A stretch of DNA of 10,508 nt from Bacteroidales bacterium (GTDB lineage Bacteria; Bacteroidota; Bacteroidia; Bacteroidales; UBA12077), in assembly GCA_028282585.1 (NCBI GenBank), contig JANQHR010000104.1, forward strand, positions 1-10,508, given 5' to 3'. Position 1 is the first letter of the stretch, and every line of letters begins with the position of its first letter. Both the position numbers and the translations under genes were made by a program. The notes under the pieces were generated by a model. The model made no database searches, had not been told where the DNA came from, and worked only from the letters and a program-made list of their open reading frames with translations. This document shows positions 5,401-10,508 of the stretch, piece after piece.

Positions 5401-7828
5401 AGCCATTCTTGAAAATAATATACAATCTAAAATAAAAATTGCAGTAATATCAAACCAATTGCAGAAGGTTTATCATTCAGATATTGTAATTCCTGAAAAA
5501 GCGACTTTAATTGGTGCTCTGAAAACAATACCCCAAGAAGTGAAGAATATTTCTAGTTGTAGTTTAGATATTTTAGTGCCTTTTGAATTTGAACAGGAAT
5601 TAGTATCTCGATTATTGATAGAAATAGAATATTTAAACGAAGAAAATTATTTTGCTGCTTATCGCGGACTTGATCGTTGGGTTCAAACGTTCGAGCATGT
5701 ATCATTACCCCCAAAGAACAATGTTTTAAATGGCAAACTTAAAACTGATAATGTTTATTTAATTACAGGAGGATTAGGTGGTATAGGGCTTATAATATCT
5801 GATCATTTGGTCAAAACGGTTAAAGCCAAATTAATTATTACTACAAATTCATATTTCCCCGCAAAAGAATCATGGGAGCAGTGGATTTCCACACACGATG
5901 TTCAGGATAGAACAACTCAGCGTATAATTGCATTAAGAAATATGGAAAAGCGAGGAGCTGAAGTTCTTATTCTTAAAGCCGATGTCTCTGATTGTGTACA
6001 AATGAATTATGTTATAACCCAAACAATAGAAAAATATGGAACCATAAATGGTATTATCCATGCAGCAGGAAATCCAGGTATTGGAATGATTCAAAATAAA
6101 ACGAAAGAAACAATTGAAAGAGTTTTAAAACCTAAAATTAAAGGATTGCGAACATTGGAAGCAGTTACTGATGATCTTGATTTGGATTTTATTTTATTGT
6201 TTTCTTCAACAATCAGTATAATTGGAGGTTTTGGTCAAATTGATTATTGTGCAGCAAATGCTTTTATGGATTCTTTCGCTCATAATAGTAGATGGGATAA
6301 TAAAATATTATCAATTAACTGGGATGCATGGGCTGAAGTCGGGATGGCGACAAGAACATACTCCAAACCAGATACATTTATAGAACTCAAAGCTCCTAAG
6401 GAACATAATATAATACATCCTTTGGTTTCAAGCATTCAAAAAACAACCAATGAAGAAGTTGTATATAATCTTACTATATCCCCAAAAGAACAATGGTTTT
6501 TATTGGAACATAAAATTAACGATATTCCAATATTGCCTAATACTGCGTATATATATCTTGCATATGCAACACTATGTAATTATTATAAAGCTGGAGTGCT
6601 TAGAATTAGTGAGTTGAATTGTGTATATCCTTTAATGGTAGGGGATATGCATACAAAAAATGGACAAATCCAAGTAACTAAAGAAAATAACAATTTCAAT
6701 TTTGAAATAAAAAGTATTGTTGGTACCAAAAATAATGGAGAGCCAATATGGCAAATAAATGCAGTAGGAAAAGCGGAAAAATTAGATAAAAAACCTCTTA
6801 AATATAATGTTGATGAGATATGCTCAAAATATCAGCCAGTTGAACTTGACTTTGTTGATAATAAAACAGGAGATAGTGATGATCAAAATTTCAGAACATT
6901 TGGTCAGAGATGGAATTCTATCAAAAGAATTTATAAAGGAGAGGATTTTGTATTAGGTTTAATTGAATTATGTGATGTTAATTGTAAGGATTTTGATAAT
7001 CATCAAGTTAGCTCCGTACTGTTTGATTGTGTATTACTGCTTAGTTCAATATTCTCTAAAGAAAAAGAGGTATTACCAATAATGTTTTACAATATTAATA
7101 TCTTCAAAAAGATTCCAGCTTCCCTGTGGGGGCTGTTAAAGTTGAAAACGTCAGATATTCAGGATGATAAGATAATAGATTTTGAATTAAATCTTATTGA
7201 TAAAGAAGGTAATTGTATTCTAATGGTTGAGTCTTTTATCCTGAAAGAAATTAATACTAATATGAATAATGAGCAACCCAATATCATCAATAATAAGCAA
7301 AAAACGTTGCTCCATGGTCAATCAAATGATAATGGAATCTCAAATATTGAAGGAACCGAAGTATTGGATCGGATATTGGAATATAATATGGGAAATCAAA
7401 TCATTGTATCTACAAGAGCTTTGCCCAATCTTATTGAAGAATATAATTCATTAGATATAACTAAATTATCATATAGTAGTAAAGAGTTAAGTAATACTGT
7501 GAGATTACAAAAAAGACCTCAGCTTTCAACCCAGTATGTGCCTCCAAGTCAGCCAGATGAGTTGATGGTGTTCAAGTTGTGGCAAGAATTACTGGGTATT
7601 GAGAAAATCGGTATAGATGACAATTTCTTTGAGATCGGCGGAAATTCATTAATTGCAACTCAGTTTATATTAAGAATTAATGAAGAATTCAATGTAGAAT
7701 TACCTGTGAAATCAATTTTTGAATATTCAACCATCAATCAATTATCTAAATATATAAATGTTATAAATAAAATAAATCCTGAATCTCATTTAAAATCTAA
7801 TGGTGAGGAGAAAGTATATGAAATCTAG
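2348..7828 (+). CDS. Single-module cis-AT type I polyketide synthase, KS-AT(malonyl)-KR with embedded DH-like domain-ACP, 1826 aa
   Basis: KS triad TACSTS (Cys 2879), HGTGT and KTNVGHL. AT GHSIG (4193) and HAFH (4487, malonyl-CoA fingerprint). KR GGLGGIG (5768), PKIKG, FSS and GQIDYCAAN (Tyr 6245). DH-like HPLV...EHKINDIPILP (His 6509)...LFD (Asp 7025). Carrier motif DNFFEIGGNSL (Ser 7646). Tail EEKVYEI. AGGAG at 2334-2338 upstream. Confidence 0.97.
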   Translation: MKKYANINGLEIAVIGMAGRFPEAKNIEEFWDNLRQGKESISRFTNEELIESGFNKEILDNPKYVKAKGYIKDIEYFDNELFGYSPVESQLMDPQFRLLQECVWEALENAGYANNTYNGNVGIYAGANFNFQWQEMLRSVKTFDFLNTSFYNCREYLTTQLSYKLNLKGPSVPIITACSTSLVAVHIACQGLYIRDCNIALAGGVSISLPKKSGYLYQDGMIYSKDGHCRAFDAEASGTVFGDGAGVVVLKRLKDALKDGDSIYAVIKGSAINNDGNRKMVFSAPSVLGQKKVISDAFAIANINFEDIGYIETHGTGTKIGDPIEIEALTKAFNTPKKNLCKIGSVKTNVGHLGIASGITGFIKTVLTLKNGQIPPSLNYKKSNEAINFKKSPFNVNTTLFHWIDNDNSRKAGVSSFGIGGTNAHVVLEEAPETRKSGSNRRNQLLLFSAKSELSLNKYIDSFIQFAKNNTNLNIADSSYTLSVGRETFEYKKHLVYNENVDFINKLNELKEESIHNQIVKERKQVVFMFPGQGNQYINMAKGLYDNEPIFKAYIDKCNTLLKINTNKDILEIVFAADNNLSINQTNNAQIALFIIEYSLASTLLQLGIQPDAMIGHSIGEYVAACLSGVFTLEDAISLVNIRGEVMLSAPSGSMLSIRISEKKLLEIIPNEIEISVVNTPEDFVVSGTKDEIQKFKEVLDSKKIQNHLLQTSHAFHSKLMDSVLTDFKMKISDIKFNEPRIPFISNITGNWITSNQATDIQYWTEHIRKPVQFSTGCYKIFNIIPDILLEVGPGNSLQYFIGKHPNENNKQIVIPLIRHPKQNTEDDFIFIKIIGALWEQGIDINWENYFATEKRNRIPLPTYEFDKKRFWIDSQNQESLTNTSLSKNKNTDEWFYIPSWKKFKPIINTKASKFSKWLIFNNENDFGNKLTEQLEAQNKQIVNVLIGEQFSKNKDEFEISASNKGDYIKLFNDFKKNGNIPDCIVHLWNLDYSQSEENVNLENQLNKSFYSLLYLAQAILENNIQSKIKIAVISNQLQKVYHSDIVIPEKATLIGALKTIPQEVKNISSCSLDILVPFEFEQELVSRLLIEIEYLNEENYFAAYRGLDRWVQTFEHVSLPPKNNVLNGKLKTDNVYLITGGLGGIGLIISDHLVKTVKAKLIITTNSYFPAKESWEQWISTHDVQDRTTQRIIALRNMEKRGAEVLILKADVSDCVQMNYVITQTIEKYGTINGIIHAAGNPGIGMIQNKTKETIERVLKPKIKGLRTLEAVTDDLDLDFILLFSSTISIIGGFGQIDYCAANAFMDSFAHNSRWDNKILSINWDAWAEVGMATRTYSKPDTFIELKAPKEHNIIHPLVSSIQKTTNEEVVYNLTISPKEQWFLLEHKINDIPILPNTAYIYLAYATLCNYYKAGVLRISELNCVYPLMVGDMHTKNGQIQVTKENNNFNFEIKSIVGTKNNGEPIWQINAVGKAEKLDKKPLKYNVDEICSKYQPVELDFVDNKTGDSDDQNFRTFGQRWNSIKRIYKGEDFVLGLIELCDVNCKDFDNHQVSSVLFDCVLLLSSIFSKEKEVLPIMFYNINIFKKIPASLWGLLKLKTSDIQDDKIIDFELNLIDKEGNCILMVESFILKEINTNMNNEQPNIINNKQKTLLHGQSNDNGISNIEGTEVLDRILEYNMGNQIIVSTRALPNLIEEYNSLDITKLSYSSKELSNTVRLQKRPQLSTQYVPPSQPDELMVFKLWQELLGIEKIGIDDNFFEIGGNSLIATQFILRINEEFNVELPVKSIFEYSTINQLSKYINVINKINPESHLKSNGEEKVYEI

Positions 7829-10508
7829 ATTTGAATTAATTGAATATTTAGCTCAGCTGGTAGAACTTGGTATCGAAATTAAAGTTGATCAGCAAAAAGT
7901 GGTAATAAGTGATAGAAATAATAATATTACAGATAAAATACTTGAAGACTTAAAAAGATATAAAAATGAAATAATTGGTCTTAGCTTCGACAAAAGGAAA
8001 AAAGACATTAGTGAAATAAAATTGGTTGATAAAACTATTGACCTTCCTCTGTCTTGTGCCCAGGAAAGGCTATGGTTTTTAGATCAGTACGAGCATAATG
8101 GTGCTTATAATTTACCTGTAGCTATACGTATAAAGGGTAAACTTGATTTATCAATATTAGAAAAAGTATTTAACGAGATCGTATGTCGACATGAATCATT
8201 ACGTACAAATTTTGTTCAAATAAATGATGTGCCTAGGCAAATCATTCATAAAGAACCAAATTATAAAATTGAAACTGTAGATCTTACCAAGATGTCATTA
8301 TATAAGGCTGAACAAAAATTAAAAGGTCTTATAATTGAAGACTCTCAATTGCTCTTTGATTTAGCTAATGATAGTTTGATTAGATTCAAGATGTACGTAT
8401 TATCAGAAGAATATTTTGTATTATTTATAAATCAGCATCACATTATAACTGATTTATGGTCATATAATATTTTGATAAAAGAAATAGGTGTACTATATGA
8501 ATCATTTACAAAAGGCGAACCTTCACCATTAAGAGATTTGTCCATTCAATATGGTGATTTCTCAGTTTGGCAAAAAGAATATTTAGAAAATAAAGTAACA
8601 AAGAAGCAATTAGATTATTGGAAAAATAAACTTACGGGCACCTCAGTGTTAGTATTGCCAACAGATAGGCAACGTTCGGAAGTTCAGACGTTTAATGGGA
8701 GTAGGAAATCTTTTAAGATAAATAAAGATGTAACAAATAAATTAAATGAATTATGTATTAAATACGATGTAACTTTCTTTATGATGTTGCTATCGTTGTT
8801 TAAAGTATTATTGAATAAATACTCAGGCCAAGATGATATTTGTGTTGGTAGTCCTATAGCCAACAGAACAAGGCGTGAATTAGAAGATTTAATTGGTTTT
8901 TTTGTTAATACACTAGTTCTCAGAAGCAAAATTGATATAGAGGGCACTTTTATTGATTTACTAAATAATGTTAAAGTAAATACACTTGAGGCTTATAACA
9001 ATCAGGATATTCCTTTTGAAAAAATATTAAGTGCGGTTAATTCTGAACGGGACTTGTCATTTTCGCCACTATTCCAGGTTATGATGGTTTTGCAAAACAT
9101 TTCTCATAATAATCAAATGATATCATCAGATATAAAATTGGAAAACATGGCATTTGAACATGTAGTCTCTAAATATGATTTAACTTTTGAGTTTACAGAG
9201 TCATCAGATGGTCTTATTTGCGTTATAGAATATAATACAGATTTGTTCAATCAAAGTACAATAGATAGGATGGTAGGGCATTTCAATGTTCTAGTGGAAT
9301 CAATTATATCTAATCCTACTGCTACTATTTCTGGATTAGAAGTCTTAACACCTGCGGAGAAACATAAATTATTGGTAGAATGGAACGATACTGATGCCGA
9401 TTACCCCAAGGATAAATGTATCCATCAGTTGTTTGAGCAGCAGGTAGAAAAAACACCCGATAGCATAGCTGTAGTTTTTGAGGGCCGGCAATTAACATAC
9501 AGGGAATTAAATGACAAATCTAACCAGTTAGGACATTATTTACAAACTAGAGGGGTTAAGCCGGATTCTTTGGTAGGGATTTGTGTAGACCGATCACTTG
9601 ATATGATAATTGGCATGCTCGGGATATTAAAGGCCGGTGGGGCATATGTGCCAATAGATCCATCTTATCCAAATGACAGAATATCATTTATGCTTGATAA
9701 TAGCGAATGCTCTATACTTCTGACCCAAGAATTATTCAAGTCAACATTTCTTAATGAGAAAAATATAGAGGTTGTTTACCTTGATGAAGAGAGTGTTGAT
9801 TCGGAAATAGAAAAAGAATCTAAGAGTACTGTCATTTCAAATGTTCGATCGAATAATCTGGCCTATGTAATTTACACTTCGGGTTCAACAGGCCAGCCCA
9901 AAGGGACACTAATAGAGCATAAGAATGTTGTACGGTTATTATTCAACGATAAATTCCAATTTGATTTTTCAGAAAAGGATGTTTGGACCTTATTTCATTC
10001 TTATTGTTTTGATTTTTCTGTATGGGAAATGTATGGAGCATTATTGTTTGGTGGCAAGTTAGTCATAGTCGCCAAAGACACAGCAGTAGATACTGAACAA
10101 TTTTGTCAGTTATTAGAAAACCATAAAGTAACAGTACTCAACCAAACGCCTTCAGCATTTTATACTTTATCTGAAGAAGCAGGAGGAAAAAATGCTGCTC
10201 TTTCGATACGCTATGTAATTTTTGGGGGTGAAGCTTTGGCTCCTTTCAGGTTAAGGTTTTGGTATGATAATTACCCAGCTTGCAAATTGATAAACATGTA
10301 TGGAATAACAGAGACCACCGTGCATGTAACCTATAAAGAAATAACTGAATTAGAAATCAGGAGTAATATTTGCAATATTGGTAAGCCAATCCCTACATTA
10401 TCCACCTACATATTAGATGAAAATAAAAATCTTCTGCCCATAGGAGTCTCAGGCGAGCTTTGTGTTTCAGGAGATGGACTTGCCCGGGGATATCTAAATA
10501 GCCCTGAG
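7818..10508 (+). CDS. NRPS, 5' part (partial at window edge): N-terminal docking domain - C (LCL-like) - A (threonine-specific code)
   Basis: ATG at 7818 follows GAGGAG (7805-7810) and overlaps the PKS end by 11 nt. I found no in-frame stop. C-domain motifs LSCAQERLWFL, RHESLRT, HHIITDLWS (8436), IGFFVNTLVLR and NQDIPFE. A-domain motifs YTSGSTGQPKG (9873), FDFSVWE, LNQTP, IFGGE, NMYGITETTVH and GELCVSGDGLARGY. The first nine Stachelhaus residues, DFWNIGMVH, are the Thr code. Confidence 0.96.
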   Translation, partial: MKSRFELIEYLAQLVELGIEIKVDQQKVVISDRNNNITDKILEDLKRYKNEIIGLSFDKRKKDISEIKLVDKTIDLPLSCAQERLWFLDQYEHNGAYNLPVAIRIKGKLDLSILEKVFNEIVCRHESLRTNFVQINDVPRQIIHKEPNYKIETVDLTKMSLYKAEQKLKGLIIEDSQLLFDLANDSLIRFKMYVLSEEYFVLFINQHHIITDLWSYNILIKEIGVLYESFTKGEPSPLRDLSIQYGDFSVWQKEYLENKVTKKQLDYWKNKLTGTSVLVLPTDRQRSEVQTFNGSRKSFKINKDVTNKLNELCIKYDVTFFMMLLSLFKVLLNKYSGQDDICVGSPIANRTRRELEDLIGFFVNTLVLRSKIDIEGTFIDLLNNVKVNTLEAYNNQDIPFEKILSAVNSERDLSFSPLFQVMMVLQNISHNNQMISSDIKLENMAFEHVVSKYDLTFEFTESSDGLICVIEYNTDLFNQSTIDRMVGHFNVLVESIISNPTATISGLEVLTPAEKHKLLVEWNDTDADYPKDKCIHQLFEQQVEKTPDSIAVVFEGRQLTYRELNDKSNQLGHYLQTRGVKPDSLVGICVDRSLDMIIGMLGILKAGGAYVPIDPSYPNDRISFMLDNSECSILLTQELFKSTFLNEKNIEVVYLDEESVDSEIEKESKSTVISNVRSNNLAYVIYTSGSTGQPKGTLIEHKNVVRLLFNDKFQFDFSEKDVWTLFHSYCFDFSVWEMYGALLFGGKLVIVAKDTAVDTEQFCQLLENHKVTVLNQTPSAFYTLSEEAGGKNAALSIRYVIFGGEALAPFRLRFWYDNYPACKLINMYGITETTVHVTYKEITELEIRSNICNIGKPIPTLSTYILDENKNLLPIGVSGELCVSGDGLARGYLNSPE

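Noticed and set aside
7849-7865. tRNA D-arm-like string TAGCTCAGCTGGTAGAA
   Set aside because: It lies in the NRPS reading frame (LAQLVE), and no T-arm (GGTTCGA), anticodon stem or acceptor stem follows.
2212-8947. ORFs 2212-2583(-), 4114-4320(-), 4839-5048(-), 7269-7454(+) and 8684-8947(-)
   Set aside because: All overlap the well-supported PKS or NRPS frames and lack motifs, so they are shadow ORFs.
1-10508. Identification as the globomycin or myxovirescin cluster
   Set aside because: Myxovirescin uses a trans-AT PKS and globomycin has no internal ketide before Thr. Both come from high-GC producers, whereas this DNA is very AT-rich with an internal cis-AT module.
1-10508. CRISPR array, rRNA or tRNA genes
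   Set aside because: No regularly spaced repeats or structured RNA gene signatures were seen.

Overview
AT-rich window from inside a hybrid NRPS-PKS biosynthetic gene cluster, with all real genes on the + strand. Order: the 3' end of an NRPS (end of A domain + PCP, <1-439); a ~1.7 kb interruption carrying a stand-alone Bacteroidota-type lipoprotein signal peptidase II gene (lspA, 822-1439) and a decayed IS66 transposase (~1724-2248); a single-module cis-AT type I PKS (KS-AT-KR[DH inserted]-ACP, 2348-7828); and the 5' part of a second NRPS (docking domain-C-A[Thr], 7818->10508), which is missing from the ORF track because it runs off the end. The interruption is bracketed by two diverged copies of the same ~170-185 bp NRPS-stop/PKS-start junction (about 359-530 and 2263-2448). 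The copies have decayed reciprocally, so lspA appears to have been inserted into an originally translationally coupled NRPS-PKS junction. Leading hypothesis (inference): lspA is a self-resistance copy. The cluster may make an LspA (aspartyl peptidase) inhibitor, possibly carrying a statine-like gamma-amino-beta-hydroxy acid made by this PKS module.
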